Assembly (NCBI GenBank): GCA_039024555.1
Contig: JBCCQQ010000045.1
Coordinates: 1-54,659, forward strand
Reading direction: 5' to 3'
Source: Cyanobacteria bacterium P01_D01_bin.156
Lineage (GTDB): Bacteria > Cyanobacteriota > Cyanobacteriia > Phormidesmidales > Phormidesmidaceae
DNA: 54,659 nucleotides
Below are positions 19,785 through 30,986 of the stretch, in pieces (position 1 is the first letter of the stretch; every line of letters starts with the position of its first letter). The notes below the pieces were generated by a model. That model was not told the origin of the DNA and searched no databases. It saw only the letters and a list, made by a program, of their open reading frames with translations. A program made the translations under genes and the position numbers.

Positions 19785-20531
19785 ATGAAACTACAGCTAT
19801 GTACTTGGCCTGAGGTAGAAGCGTATTTACTGCGATCTCAGGGCATTATTTTTCCGATTGGTTCTACTGAACAGCATGGCCCTACTGGGCTAATCGGTAC
19901 CGATGCCATTTGTGCAGAAGCCATTGCCGTGGGGGTGGGTGAACAAATCGATGCCCTGGTGGGACCAACCATTAATGTAGGTATGGCGCTGCACCACACG
20001 GCTTTCCCAGGCAGTATGAGTCTCCGTCCCAGTACACTGATTGCTTTAATTCAGGACTATATCAAGCCCTTAGCCCGTAATGGCTTTAACCGGTTTTACT
20101 TTATTAATGGCCACGGAGGGAATATGGCCACCCTCAAGGCTGCTTTTTCAGAAACCTATGCGACCCTTGCTGATCTGAATGTGCCAGGTGCGGCTCAAGT
20201 ACGATGCCATTTAGCCAACTGGTTTATGTGTCGCTCTGTCTATACCTTGGCCAAAGAGCTATACGGTGACCAGGAAGGCTCCCACGCCACACCCAGCGAA
20301 GTCGCCCTCACCCAGTACATGTATCCTAAGCACATCAAATCAGCCCAGCTGGACCCTCAAGTCGCACCATCTGGACGTCGTATCTACGGAGCTACAGACT
20401 TTCGTAACTTTTATCAAGATGGCCGTATGGGCTCCAACCCAGACCTGGCTACGCCAGAGCACGGCCAAAGATTCTACGAGGCCGCTGTTAAAGAAATAAG
20501 TAATAACTACCTAAAATTTTTAGCCAGCTAG
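19785..20531 (+). CDS. Creatininase family protein
   Basis: [24 protein letters not shown]. Confidence 0.92.
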   Translation: MKLQLCTWPEVEAYLLRSQGIIFPIGSTEQHGPTGLIGTDAICAEAIAVGVGEQIDALVGPTINVGMALHHTAFPGSMSLRPSTLIALIQDYIKPLARNGFNRFYFINGHGGNMATLKAAFSETYATLADLNVPGAAQVRCHLANWFMCRSVYTLAKELYGDQEGSHATPSEVALTQYMYPKHIKSAQLDPQVAPSGRRIYGATDFRNFYQDGRMGSNPDLATPEHGQRFYEAAVKEISNNYLKFLAS

Positions 20532-20815
20532 CTGCCCAAAATCTTAGGCACTTTGAAAAAGTCATCCTCCCTCTCTGGGGCATTTCCTAGAATAGATTCA
20601 CGGTCTTCAAAGGTATCTAGCGCATCTTGGCGAGTGATGTTGCTGAGTTCTATGGCTCGGGTTGTGGGCTCAATATCGTCGGTATTCAGCTCATCCAATT
20701 GCTGAACATAGTCCAAAATTCCGCTTAGTTGCTTTGTAAACTGAGCTTCTTCAGCTTCAGTAAGCTCCAATCGAGCTAGCAGGGCAACCTTACGGACCTG
20801 TTCTAAATCAATCAT
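20528..20815 (-). CDS. gatC: Asp/Glu-tRNA amidotransferase subunit C
   Basis: [10 protein letters not shown]...ILDYVQQL...NAP...FFKVPKI. Confidence 0.96.
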   Translation of the reverse strand: MIDLEQVRKVALLARLELTEAEEAQFTKQLSGILDYVQQLDELNTDDIEPTTRAIELSNITRQDALDTFEDRESILGNAPEREDDFFKVPKILGS

Positions 20816-20889
20816 GGGAGAAAATCAAACACTTAAGTATGAGGTTGGCATGACCCACCTTAGGGCAGTGGCTATTTAGCAATATGCCG

Positions 20890-21411
20890 TTAAAAGAATA
20901 CATCCGCAGGCATACGACCTGTATTTTTTAACCAGTTTTGTGCCTCGATATAGTTATTCGGGGCCATGCGCAGAGCTTCTAGCCAATAGGTAGCCGCCTG
21001 GTCATAGAGTGCTTCTGCTGTCTTAGTATCACCATCCGCTTCTGCCTGTTCCCCACGATAGTGATGAATCACAGCTGTGTTGTTGAGAGCTTGGGGCATG
21101 CGAGGATTCAAATCCATGGCTGCTGAATACTTTTCTAAAGCAGCCTCATGATCGCCATTACTCGCGTAAATTAGGCCCATGTTGTAAAGAATAAAGCTCT
21201 TGTCATAGGGATCTTCTTCCAACTCAAGAGCAGCTCTATAGTTATCTAATGCTTCTGCATACTCGCCATCAGCTTGGGCTGACATGCCGTCACGATAGTA
21301 GGCAAATGCTTCCTTAGCCTGCTTCTTGGTGGGCAGCATTTTAAGGATCATATCGGCCATGACCGTAAAAGACTTATCGATAAAATTGTCGTTACGCTGA
21401 GTTCTAGGCAT
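20890..21411 (-). CDS. ycf3: Photosystem I assembly protein Ycf3
   Basis: [34 protein letters not shown]. Confidence 0.98.
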   Translation of the reverse strand: MPRTQRNDNFIDKSFTVMADMILKMLPTKKQAKEAFAYYRDGMSAQADGEYAEALDNYRAALELEEDPYDKSFILYNMGLIYASNGDHEAALEKYSAAMDLNPRMPQALNNTAVIHHYRGEQAEADGDTKTAEALYDQAATYWLEALRMAPNNYIEAQNWLKNTGRMPADVFF

Positions 21412-21552
21412 GGCAAGAGGAATACAGTTAAGGTGCCAGGTTCAGCGATTGCAACTCCAAGCGATGGATTCACCCGTATGCCACAAAGCACAGCTTTATG
21501 GGTAAAACCATACTCAAGAGTAGCAACGCTTAGATCAGTATTCTAATGTAAT

Positions 21553-21644
21553 GGCGCAGCGGCATCACCCTATCGATACAGGCCTGTAATAAACCTTGTC
21601 GGCGCAGCGGCATCACCCTATCGATACAGGGCTGAAACCTTGTC
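21553..21644. repeat. Intergenic tandem duplication, 48-bp period
   Basis: GGCGCAGCGGCATCACCCTATCGATACAGG exact at 21553 and 21601, each unit ending AAACCTTGTC. Confidence 0.9.
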
Positions 21645-21673
21645 TAGGGCGACCTCTCAATGGAGCATCACGA

Positions 21674-22105
21674 TCATTCGCCGTGGTGCAAGCGATTGTC
21701 TAAAAAGTAGATTAAATCGGCGATAGTGTTGTACTCAGTCTCGTCAAAAGTATCGCTGATATCTACTCCAAAATGATGACTGACCTCATCACAAAAGCTC
21801 AGGGACCAATCAAACCAACAAATTAGAGGAAATTTTAAGTCATTTATGAGATGATCTTGAGGTCTAACTCGGCCGAGTTCTAAGCCAGAACAGGTTCCTA
21901 AGGTGCGATAGATAAATAATAGGGTACTAAGCTGAGCCTGGGTAATCCGATGACATTCCTTACACCATGCGTCAGAAGATAGAAGACGTCGGCGATTACG
22001 GAGAACTTGGTTGACTTGATGACGTATAGCCAGATCGGGGCTCATATCCTGGTATGTCTGGAGGGACTGGATATGATTACTTGCCCGTTGCCACCGTTGC
22101 CACAT
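21674..22105 (-). CDS. Hypothetical protein
   Basis: ORF with YQDMSPDL, YxxLxxxSGL..GRVRPxD, CWFDW; start placed at MWQRW, alternative 22165. Confidence 0.7.
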   Translation of the reverse strand: MWQRWQRASNHIQSLQTYQDMSPDLAIRHQVNQVLRNRRRLLSSDAWCKECHRITQAQLSTLLFIYRTLGTCSGLELGRVRPQDHLINDLKFPLICWFDWSLSFCDEVSHHFGVDISDTFDETEYNTIADLIYFLDNRLHHGE

Positions 22106-22444
22106 AAAGCTCTCGCCTAAATCGCATTTTGCAGTACCGATTTGTTTTGTGAATGCACTATACATTTTGACGCCTCATAGGGTGAATGCGCCATAGGTAT
22201 GGGCCATCGTTTCTGCCACGATTTTTTCTCCATCCCACATGTTCATAGCTACTGCGCACCCAACTGAATCACTGCATACCAGTCCATTGATTTACTGGCT
22301 AACTGTGTGTTTATTGTTCCCGTGGAACCTAGCAAAATTACGGTGTCGCTAAGGATCTATCTTCTGCAACACAGTCTTTAGATGTGCTGTACAAACGCTC
22401 CTAGCGCCAGTTTCATAGGATTTTGATGGCTTTAGCAGTTGATC

Positions 22445-24166
22445 TTAAGTCAAACTAGCGACCGCCATTCGCTCTTCTAAGGAGACTTGTAGCTGTTGCG
22501 CTGTCATTGGTTTGCCAATTAAATAGCCTTGGACAAAATCACAGTGATACGCTTCTAGTAACGATTGTTCATCTACGGTTTCTACACCTTCAGCAATAAT
22601 GCATAGCCCTAAATCATGCCCCATTTGGATCGCGGATTGGAGAATAATCTGATTTTTAGGGTCATGGGTCACACCCCGAACAAAACAGTTATCAATTTTG
22701 AGGGTGTCAATGGGGAGTTTTTGTAGATAACCTAAGGACGAATAGCCTGTGCCAAAATCATCTACAGCTAAACGCATTCCCATCTCTTTGAGTTCTTTGA
22801 GGGTTTTGACTGCCATATTGGCATCTTGCATGAGTGCTGTTTCAGTAATTTCTAACTCCAGCATGTGGGGAGATAACCCTGTGTTGCGTAATGTTTCTGC
22901 TACCTGCTGGCTTAGGCTTCCCTGGTTAAATTGAACGCTGGAGAGGTTTACTGACATATGGCGCAGATCTAGGTTCATGTCTTGCCACTTGCGTGCCTGG
23001 CGGCAGGCGGTTTCTAAGACCCATTGACCAATGGAAATAATCAGGCCGGTTTCTTCTGCTAGGGGAATGAACACCCCTGGTGAAATATTGCCTACTTGGG
23101 GATGATGCCAGCGGATTAGGGCTTCTGCGCCTTCAATCTGCCCTGTACGTAGATTTAACTGAGGCTGGTAATATACTTCAAACTCATTGCGTTCAAGGGC
23201 ATACCGTAGCCAGGTTTCCAGCCGAATTTGATATTCGGTAGCGACAGTCATGCCGGAGTGATAAAACTGACAGTAGCTACTTTTTTGGCGTTTGGCATAC
23301 TCCAGAGCTGCGTCGGCCTGACGCATAAGAGTTGAGAGTTCTTGGCTGTGGTGGGGATAAATAGATACCCCAATACTAGCTGTGAGAAAAACTTCGTGAC
23401 CCGGTAACGAAAAAGGACGGCTGAGGGCGTCCATGATCTCGTGGGCAATTTTCTGGACAGTGAAATATTGTTCTGTGGTGGTTAGGGCAATGGCAAACTG
23501 GTTTCCGGTCAGATGGGCTAGGGTTGTACCTTCAGGTAAACAAGCCTGTAAGCGATGGCTAGCCGAACTTAGAATGCTGTCGCCGTCAGGGTAGCCCAAA
23601 ATGTTATTGATCTGGCGTAGGCGATCCAAGCTTAAGGAAATGAGGGCTATGGGTTGGTCAGCGGTTTTCACGAGTTGAGTAAAACGCTGCTCAAACAAAA
23701 GATGGTTAGGTAGCTTGGTTAGATTGTCGTAGTTGGATAGTCGGTTCAGGTGTTCAGCTGCCCGGCGTAAGTGGCTGAGATAGTGATGGGTAATGGCGTG
23801 GTGGTGTTTGAGTCGGGCTGCGATCGCAGCCAACAGACATTCACTGGAAAAAGGATTTAACAAACAATCATCCGCCCCCAGACACATCGTTGTACGTAGA
23901 TGCTCGGGGTCATTGAGCGAGCTCAGTAAGATAAACGGTGTGATGCCAAGTTGGCTATCATTTCTGATTTCTTGGAGAACGTAATGTCCATTGCAATCGC
24001 TGAGCTGCCATTCGCAGAGTACTAAATGAGGGTTAAGGGCTCTAGCGAGTTCTAATCCAGCTGCTCCAGAACCCGCTTGTTCCACACTGTAACCTGCTGC
24101 TGTCACTGCCTGTAGCGTGGCTGTTGAGCGCAGCTTAGATGACCCAATTAGTAAAATTTTCTGCAT
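22445..24166 (-). CDS. REC-GGDEF(degenerate)-EAL protein, probable c-di-GMP phosphodiesterase
   Basis: Receiver-like N-terminus, DNLTKLPN, LTGNQF in place of GGDEF, intact EAL, ELEITE, DDFGTGYSS, AEGVE, QGY. Start MQKILL (alternative 24220). Confidence 0.9.
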   Translation of the reverse strand: MQKILLIGSSKLRSTATLQAVTAAGYSVEQAGSGAAGLELARALNPHLVLCEWQLSDCNGHYVLQEIRNDSQLGITPFILLSSLNDPEHLRTTMCLGADDCLLNPFSSECLLAAIAARLKHHHAITHHYLSHLRRAAEHLNRLSNYDNLTKLPNHLLFEQRFTQLVKTADQPIALISLSLDRLRQINNILGYPDGDSILSSASHRLQACLPEGTTLAHLTGNQFAIALTTTEQYFTVQKIAHEIMDALSRPFSLPGHEVFLTASIGVSIYPHHSQELSTLMRQADAALEYAKRQKSSYCQFYHSGMTVATEYQIRLETWLRYALERNEFEVYYQPQLNLRTGQIEGAEALIRWHHPQVGNISPGVFIPLAEETGLIISIGQWVLETACRQARKWQDMNLDLRHMSVNLSSVQFNQGSLSQQVAETLRNTGLSPHMLELEITETALMQDANMAVKTLKELKEMGMRLAVDDFGTGYSSLGYLQKLPIDTLKIDNCFVRGVTHDPKNQIILQSAIQMGHDLGLCIIAEGVETVDEQSLLEAYHCDFVQGYLIGKPMTAQQLQVSLEERMAVASLT

Positions 24167-24665
24167 AAAGGCTACTTTATGAACCCAGACAATTGCAGGG
24201 TATTGAAGGGCGATAGCCATCGCCTTCTAGCTAAAGAGCCAAACACCCTAAATATCGCTGCTGATTGCTTGGAAAATTGAGTCTGCGCCTTTGCCCGGGA
24301 GCAAAGGCTTCAGCCAAACATCACACCAAGGACCTGTGCAACGTCGAAATAATTAGCCTGTCTTTAGAGTTAGCAGGGGGCAGCATACATCGGTTGGTAG
24401 ATTAAGTAAGAGATGACCAATGTGGACTAAGACAGTTGGTTTAGGATGCCCGAGATAATTAACGATCGCTCTGTTGATAGCCTTTCTAGGCTGTAGCAAT
24501 CTAATGTTTCTACATTCAAAAAAGATGAAATGCTTTGAGAGCAGGCATAAATTTGGAAATCATCAGGGGCAGACATTCTGATTTTCAAACTTTACAGGCC
24601 CAAGGCATGGTCTTGCTTTGGGCTAGCGGCTGAGTGATCGTACCCCCTTGAGTATCCGTCATGCA

Positions 24666-26015
24666 TCACAGAGCAAACTGTTCTAATGTTTTGGCAAAAG
24701 GAGGATAGGAGACTGCTGCCGCTTCGGCCCGTTGAATTGATGTGGTGCCCTGGGCACGTAGTGCGGCAATTGCTAGGCTCATGGCAATGCGATGATCGGT
24801 AAAGCTGTCAACGTCTGTACCGGCAAGGGTGGCTCCCCCTTGAATTTCTAGCCCGTCTGGCAGTTCGGTGACGTTGGCACCGAGACGATTGAGCTGACTA
24901 GCGGTGACAGCGATGCGATCGCTTTCTTTGACCCGGAGCTCGGCGGCATCTTCAATCCGGGTGGTGCCTTCGGCAAACAGAGCCGCCACGGCCAAAATAG
25001 GCACCTCGTCAATTAATCTAGGAATCAAATCGCCACCGATGGTGCAGGCTTTGAGCTGGCTGGTCTTGATGCGAATATCCGCTACGGGTTCTCCAGTGAC
25101 TTCGCGGCTGTTTTCCAGGGTAATGTCCGCTTCCATCTTCTGTAGGGCTTCTAAAATGCCCGTACGTGTGGGGTTGACTCCAACATTTTCGATGACCAGG
25201 TCCGAATCGGGCACAATGGCCGCGGCCACCATCCAGTAGGCGGCAGAGCTAATATCCCCTGGAACGATAACCGTTTGGCCCTGCAGCTGGCTGGGGCCGT
25301 GGAGAGTGACTCGGCAGGCCTCTTGATCCACCGTTAAGCGAGCGCCAAATGCTTGCAGCATACGTTCGCTGTGATCTCTTGACAGACTTGGTTCTGTAAC
25401 GGTTGTATCCCCATCCACCGACAGCCCTGCCAATAAAATGCAGGACTTGACCTGGGCTGAAGCGATGGGAGATAGGTAATGGAGTGGCTTTAAGGTCTGG
25501 CCTTGAATCGCCAGAGGGGCTAAGCGATTGTTGTCTCGCCCCCAAATGTTGGCTCCCATAGAGGTGAGGGGATTGATAACTCGGGCCATGGGACGCGATC
25601 TCAGCGAGCTGTCCCCCGTGACCGTAAAAAATCGTCCAGGCTGGGATGCTAGCAGCCCTAGCATGAGCCTTAAAGTAGTGCCTGAATTACCAGCGTCTAG
25701 AACGCCATTAGGTTCTTGAAGCTGCCCTACACCTAGCCCCTTAACAGTGATCCATTCTGCTTCTAAATCAGAAATGTCTGCTCCCATGGCGCGGAAACAA
25801 GCAGCTGTGCTACGCGGATCTTCCCCCAGAAGCAATCCTTTGATGCGGGTCTCTCCACTAGCTAATGCTCCAAGCATCAAAGAACGATGAGAAATTGACT
25901 TGTCACCAGGCACGTGTAAACGACCCTTTAGCCCTCTGCCTCCAGACGTAATGGCCCAAGTTTGATGGGACGTATCGTCAGTGTGAATAGAGAAACCAGA
26001 GGGGGACGTTACCAT
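24666..26015 (-). CDS. aroA: EPSP synthase
   Basis: [35 protein letters not shown]. Confidence 0.98.
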   Translation of the reverse strand: MVTSPSGFSIHTDDTSHQTWAITSGGRGLKGRLHVPGDKSISHRSLMLGALASGETRIKGLLLGEDPRSTAACFRAMGADISDLEAEWITVKGLGVGQLQEPNGVLDAGNSGTTLRLMLGLLASQPGRFFTVTGDSSLRSRPMARVINPLTSMGANIWGRDNNRLAPLAIQGQTLKPLHYLSPIASAQVKSCILLAGLSVDGDTTVTEPSLSRDHSERMLQAFGARLTVDQEACRVTLHGPSQLQGQTVIVPGDISSAAYWMVAAAIVPDSDLVIENVGVNPTRTGILEALQKMEADITLENSREVTGEPVADIRIKTSQLKACTIGGDLIPRLIDEVPILAVAALFAEGTTRIEDAAELRVKESDRIAVTASQLNRLGANVTELPDGLEIQGGATLAGTDVDSFTDHRIAMSLAIAALRAQGTTSIQRAEAAAVSYPPFAKTLEQFAL

Positions 26016-26080
26016 GGCACAAAACTTAGCAAGCAGCGCCTCTGATTCTATCGTGTGCCGGAGCGTCTACCCTTGGTCGC

Positions 26081-26638
26081 CTACTCTGTTTCTGAGGGCT
26101 CGGTCTCCGAGGTATCTGCCCCACAGTAGCTATTGATATCGGTTACCAATGTGGCTTCATCTTGCGATAGGGTTTGCAAGTTTGCAAATGCCGTATTGGC
26201 CTTGGCTTGAAACTCTTCTAAAACATTGCTCAAATCCGTTTCAGATTCAGCATCGGCTACTAACTGCATGGCTTCTCCCGCTACGGTTAGCTCTTGAGCA
26301 GACCCGGTAATGATGTCAGCATAGCCATCGCGATATTGGGATAGTTGTTCATCTGCCAACTCTAGGTCATTTAAGCTGCCGACCATGCCATCAATGTTGC
26401 CGACAACTTTATCTACGGCACTAATGTATTGACTTGCCGCTGTTTGAATATCCGTTAGACTTTCGGCCCCCTGAGCCTGCTGAGTAAAGCTATCAATTTC
26501 TGCCTCAAATTCATTCTTAAATACTTGGGCCTGGTTAATCACATCTGCAAATGCGTTGCACTGAGTCACTGTCGAAGGACCACAGTTGGTTAATGTTAGG
26601 GCAATTGTCCCAAGAAGAATTGAGCGTGAAAAGCGCAT
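26081..26638 (-). CDS. Helical lipoprotein, unknown function
   Basis: Signal peptide with LTNC lipobox-like motif; helical acidic body. Confidence 0.7.
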   Translation of the reverse strand: MRFSRSILLGTIALTLTNCGPSTVTQCNAFADVINQAQVFKNEFEAEIDSFTQQAQGAESLTDIQTAASQYISAVDKVVGNIDGMVGSLNDLELADEQLSQYRDGYADIITGSAQELTVAGEAMQLVADAESETDLSNVLEEFQAKANTAFANLQTLSQDEATLVTDINSYCGADTSETEPSETE

Positions 26639-26865
26639 TAGTTAGTTTCCGTGTAATCGCTAAGGCATTAAAGTCTGATGTCGTTACTAAAGCAAGCAGT
26701 AAGATCGGTGGACGCTGGGCCTATTCAATTTACCCAGTCTGCTAGTAAATAACTGCAAAATAGTGCTTTTCATGGCTGCAGCTGTCAAGGTCAACAATAC
26801 GCACACAGTACTCAATACAAAATGGATTAAACTTGATAAATCTTTACGGGCTTAGTTGAGCCGCT

Positions 26866-28065
26866 ATGACTGCCAGCCTTGAGCAATATCGCCAAACCTT
26901 TCCTGCTCTCCACAATAAAACTTACTTTAACTATGGTGGGCAGGGGCCTATGGACTTTAACGCTCTAGGGGCTGTTCGGGCAGCTCACCATACAATTCAA
27001 ACCAAAGGCCCCTTTGGCAGTGATGTGAATCATTGGCTGCAGGCAGAGGGCCAAAAAACTCGTCAGGTCCTGGCTCAGGAGCTAGGAGTAGTCGCTGAGA
27101 CGCTTACGCTGACTGAAAATGTGACCGTTGGCTGCAATATTGCCCTTTGGGGTATGGATTGGCAGCAAGGGGACCATATTTTGCTGTCGGACTGTGAACA
27201 TCCAGGCATCATTGCGACAGTGCAAGAACTGCAGCGGCGTTACAACATCGAGTTTAGTTTCTTTCCCCATCTGAGCCAGCTATATGTTGCCGATCCGGTG
27301 GCAACCATTGAGTCTCACCTACGGTCTAATACACGACTAGTGGTGGTCAGTCATATTCTTTGGAATACGGGACAGGTGATGCCGCTTAGAGAGATCTGTC
27401 AGCTGTGCCATGATCAACCACAGCCTGTGCGAGTGCTGTCTGACGCTGCGCAATCGGTGGGTATGCTGCCTTTGCAGTTATCTGAAACCGGGGTGGACTT
27501 CTACGCGTTTACTGGGCACAAGTGGCTCTGTGGTCCGGCGGGGCTAGGGGGATTTTATGTGAGTCCAGAGGCGATGCCAGAGTTGGCACCTACCTATATT
27601 GGCTGGAGAGGGATTCAGATGAATCATCTGGGGCAGCCTACTGATTGGGCGCCTACTGCTCAGCGATATGAGATTGCCACCTCTGATATGCCCCTATGTA
27701 GTGGATTGAGAAGTGCGATCGCAAGCCATAATACCTGGGGTACAGCTGAAGAGCGCTATTTTCAAATTTGTCAGCTCAGCAGCTACCTGTGGGGAAAACT
27801 CAACGGTCTCCCCTCAATTCGGTGTTTGTTGAAATTTCCGCCTGAGTCTGGACTGGTTTCATTTCAAATTTTTCAGGGGAGAGAACCCTCCCCGAAGCTC
27901 CATCGGAAGCTCGTTGTTTACCTAGAGGAACAACAATTTTACTTACGTACCCTGTTGTCTCCAAGCTGCGTCAGAGCCTGTACTCACTATTTCACCACGA
28001 GCTCAGACATTGATCGTCTGGTGGATGCCATTGAAATTTTTCTAAAAGAGCATGCCAAACGTTGA
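26866..28065 (+). CDS. Class V aminotransferase, cysteine/cystine lyase (C-DES-like)
   Basis: YFNYGGQGP, SHILWNTG, DAAQS, FTGHKW (PLP lysine). Confidence 0.9.
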   Translation: MTASLEQYRQTFPALHNKTYFNYGGQGPMDFNALGAVRAAHHTIQTKGPFGSDVNHWLQAEGQKTRQVLAQELGVVAETLTLTENVTVGCNIALWGMDWQQGDHILLSDCEHPGIIATVQELQRRYNIEFSFFPHLSQLYVADPVATIESHLRSNTRLVVVSHILWNTGQVMPLREICQLCHDQPQPVRVLSDAAQSVGMLPLQLSETGVDFYAFTGHKWLCGPAGLGGFYVSPEAMPELAPTYIGWRGIQMNHLGQPTDWAPTAQRYEIATSDMPLCSGLRSAIASHNTWGTAEERYFQICQLSSYLWGKLNGLPSIRCLLKFPPESGLVSFQIFQGREPSPKLHRKLVVYLEEQQFYLRTLLSPSCVRACTHYFTTSSDIDRLVDAIEIFLKEHAKR

Positions 28066-28326
28066 TTTCATAAATCATACTTGCCATGGATTCTTCTTCT
28101 TCTCAGCAACAAAATTAACCTGGTCTAAATTGATGCTTACCATACTGTTTGCTGGGGCTAAACAGGCTATTATCACTTGCCAGCCACTGTTCTGCGACAA
28201 CGTCACATTAGGGCCTATTGAGGGCTTGTTAAACATTAGAATCATGGCCTTGTGCATTTAAATCATGGCTTAACAAGCTTTTCAGGCTTAAACCGTGAAG
28301 TCGTTTCTTAACAGCTCCTAAGCATC

Positions 28327-29385
28327 ATGGAAAAGTCGCTGCAGCGCATTGTTATTGGTATTAGCTTTTTTGTTGCTACGGTGATTGTGGCTGTGATTGG
28401 CTACGTTGCTGCAGGCTGGGCCTTGATGGATGCCATTTATATGGTGGTAATCACCATCTTTGGGGTGGGCTATGGAGAGGTTAAACCCCTAGAATCCAAC
28501 AGCCTTAAGGTATTTACCATTTTGGTAATTATTGCGGGGGTGTTATCCGTTACCTACATTATTTCTGGTGTGGTGCAGTCTGTCGCGGCTGGAGAAATCC
28601 GTCAGGCATTAAGTCTTAAACGCATGAGTGAAACTATTTCAAATCTCAAAAACCATGTGATTATTTGTGGTTATGGTCGCATTGGTCAGCTGCTGGCTCA
28701 ACAGCTTCAGAGTGATGGCCTGCCGTTTGTGATCATTGACGCTGAACCTCAGCGGGTCAGTCTAGGGCAAGGACAGGGATATCTGATGCACCTAGGGAAT
28801 GCAACTGACGAAACTAGTTTAGAAGCGGTTGGGATTCATCGGGCACGGGCTCTAGCCACGGTTTTGCCTGATGATGCAGCTAATGTGTTTATCACCCTTA
28901 CGGCCCGTGAACTTAACGAGACAATTACTATTTTGGCTCGTGGAGAGCTACCCTCCACTGAAAAGAAACTGCGGTTAGCAGGGGCAGATCATGTGGTATT
29001 ACCAGCTACCATCAGTGCTGGCAGAATGGCTAATCTATTAATTAATCCGGCAGCGGAAGATTTTTTAGCCCAGGGGGAAGGTCGTGCAGCCTTGAACCAA
29101 TTGCTGTCAGAAATTGATATTCAGCTAAGTGAACTGCCTATTGATCCCCAGTCTAATTTGATTGGCGCAACGATTCGAGATATTGAAACCCAGGGGCACG
29201 GCACGTTTATTATTGTGGCTCTTCGACGTCAATCTGGAGAGATTCTAGTGCATCCGAAACAAGATACTTATCTCTCCACCGGGGATGCGTTGATTTTAAT
29301 GGGGCATCAAGGAGATCTACCTTCGATGATAAAACGTCAGCTTGTAAGGCCAGAACTACGTTACCGAGGCGCTCGTGTGCGATAA
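28327..29385 (+). CDS. Potassium channel protein with TrkA-N/TrkA-C (RCK) domains
   Basis: Two TM helices around TIFGVGYG; HVIICGYGRIG Rossmann motif. Confidence 0.9.
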   Translation: MEKSLQRIVIGISFFVATVIVAVIGYVAAGWALMDAIYMVVITIFGVGYGEVKPLESNSLKVFTILVIIAGVLSVTYIISGVVQSVAAGEIRQALSLKRMSETISNLKNHVIICGYGRIGQLLAQQLQSDGLPFVIIDAEPQRVSLGQGQGYLMHLGNATDETSLEAVGIHRARALATVLPDDAANVFITLTARELNETITILARGELPSTEKKLRLAGADHVVLPATISAGRMANLLINPAAEDFLAQGEGRAALNQLLSEIDIQLSELPIDPQSNLIGATIRDIETQGHGTFIIVALRRQSGEILVHPKQDTYLSTGDALILMGHQGDLPSMIKRQLVRPELRYRGARVR

Positions 29386-29506
29386 AGGGGGCTTCACAAA
29401 ATAATCTCCTAGGTAAAGATGAAAATAGGCAATAGAGATGTTCTATTTGGATGTAAACCCCTAACAGTGCACTAGCGACTGTTGAAGCGCTAAAACGCAA
29501 AGATTT

Positions 29507-30847
29507 CTACTGTGCCGGTTGAGTTTGGATGGTAATCACTTGGGGCGGCGTGGAATCAGGGGGATATCGCAGAGTGATTTCTACACGTCGTTCTTCTTGG
29601 GGCGCTAAGGTCAATGTGGCTAAAGAATCTCCTTGCTGTCCCCGAAGCTGGACCAAGTGGAAATTACGGATTTGGGGAAGTCCCCGATCGCTACGATAGC
29701 GAACTTGAATCGGTCCGCGAAAAAATGTGCGGTTAGGAGGCGTTTCAAAAAACTGGAGGCCGTCTGTGGATAGCTGATCCTCTTTGATGGGGGTTTCTAG
29801 GGCAACGGTGACTGTTTGGGGCGTATCGCTTGAATTGTAGAGAGGAAAGGTCAGATTGTATTCCACTCCGTAGTTGCCGTGGGCTTGATAGGCCGTGTCG
29901 TCGTAGCGCACCAGCATGTTGGCACTTTGGTTTTGGCCTGTGCCCAGTTCTCCAGCGTAGAGGGTGCTAATACCGTAGGAAATAGCTTCCCCAGAGGTTG
30001 GAATGTGTAGTTGCTCAGTGCCTGCATCCGTTACCTGGGCCGTCCAGCTAGAGCCCTGGGCGACTCCAGCCACTCGCCCATAAATAACCTGGCCAGGATT
30101 GTCCGTGATTGGGGTGGGGGTGCGATCGCGTGGCCCTGCCACTCCAGATGTGGTCAGCAGTGTCTCCCACTGGGCCAGAGACGGAGCAACCTCAGTATCA
30201 CTGCCATCTACATTTGCCACCTCTGCCAAGCTCGCCAGGTAAACCGGACCGCTGCTGTCTAGTTCTATTAGCGTAGAACGTCCGTTGATAGGTGGGTCAA
30301 ACTCAGCTACTGGAATGGGGGCATTCAACAACAAGGCGTTGGTCCCCGGTGGTACCACTAGCTGAGACGGTAAAGATGCCTGACGCTGTCCCTGAATTAA
30401 ATCTCCCATGGCCCGACTGCCGGGACCAGCAAATATAGGATTATTAGGAAAAAACGGTACCGTTCTCGGCAGCGAAATAAAGGGTGCATCCGGCTGGCTT
30501 AGGTAGCTAGCTCCTGCCAATACATTGACGGTAACTGTCTCCTCTCCGGGATTGTGGACCAAAATTGCCACATACATAGAGCGCAAATCCTCTGGATTCT
30601 CCGCTTTGTAAACATGGTGGGCAAACACATCAAACCGTCCATCAAAGGCAAAGTCCAAGTGCGCCTCCGGCTCTGCCATATTTTCAGGGGGAAATGTGGA
30701 TAGCAAAATACCTGGCGTACCGATTAGCTCAGGGCTGTTGCTGTTAAAGACCGGTATTGTATCCAGCTGGGCAGGTAGTGATCTAACTTCCTGGGGACGA
30801 ACAATAATGGCTTCGGGAGGGGTTTGAGCGATTAGGGGCAGAAACAT
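29507..30847 (-). CDS. DUF3370 family protein
   Basis: PVFNSNSPE, GILLSTFP, YGRVAGV, AHGNYGVEY, YPPDSTPPQV. Confidence 0.85.
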   Translation of the reverse strand: MFLPLIAQTPPEAIIVRPQEVRSLPAQLDTIPVFNSNSPELIGTPGILLSTFPPENMAEPEAHLDFAFDGRFDVFAHHVYKAENPEDLRSMYVAILVHNPGEETVTVNVLAGASYLSQPDAPFISLPRTVPFFPNNPIFAGPGSRAMGDLIQGQRQASLPSQLVVPPGTNALLLNAPIPVAEFDPPINGRSTLIELDSSGPVYLASLAEVANVDGSDTEVAPSLAQWETLLTTSGVAGPRDRTPTPITDNPGQVIYGRVAGVAQGSSWTAQVTDAGTEQLHIPTSGEAISYGISTLYAGELGTGQNQSANMLVRYDDTAYQAHGNYGVEYNLTFPLYNSSDTPQTVTVALETPIKEDQLSTDGLQFFETPPNRTFFRGPIQVRYRSDRGLPQIRNFHLVQLRGQQGDSLATLTLAPQEERRVEITLRYPPDSTPPQVITIQTQPAQ

Positions 30848-30986
30848 TGAACAGGAACGAGGGACAAACTAAAAGAACATTAGCACTCGGTTTAAACGGC
30901 TGTATTGCCGTTGCTGATTTAGAAGATGAAACAATCTGTAAAACTGACCAGTTGCCTGGACCAGACAGATAAAATTCTCCTGAAGA

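Noticed and set aside
21553..21644. 30-bp repeat pair as a mini-CRISPR
   Set aside because: The 18-nt intervening segment is itself partly repeated, so this is a tandem duplication; no cas genes.
28052..28261. Two overlapping small ORFs (69 aa on +, 60 aa on -)
   Set aside because: No recognisable motif or RBS; neither can be supported.
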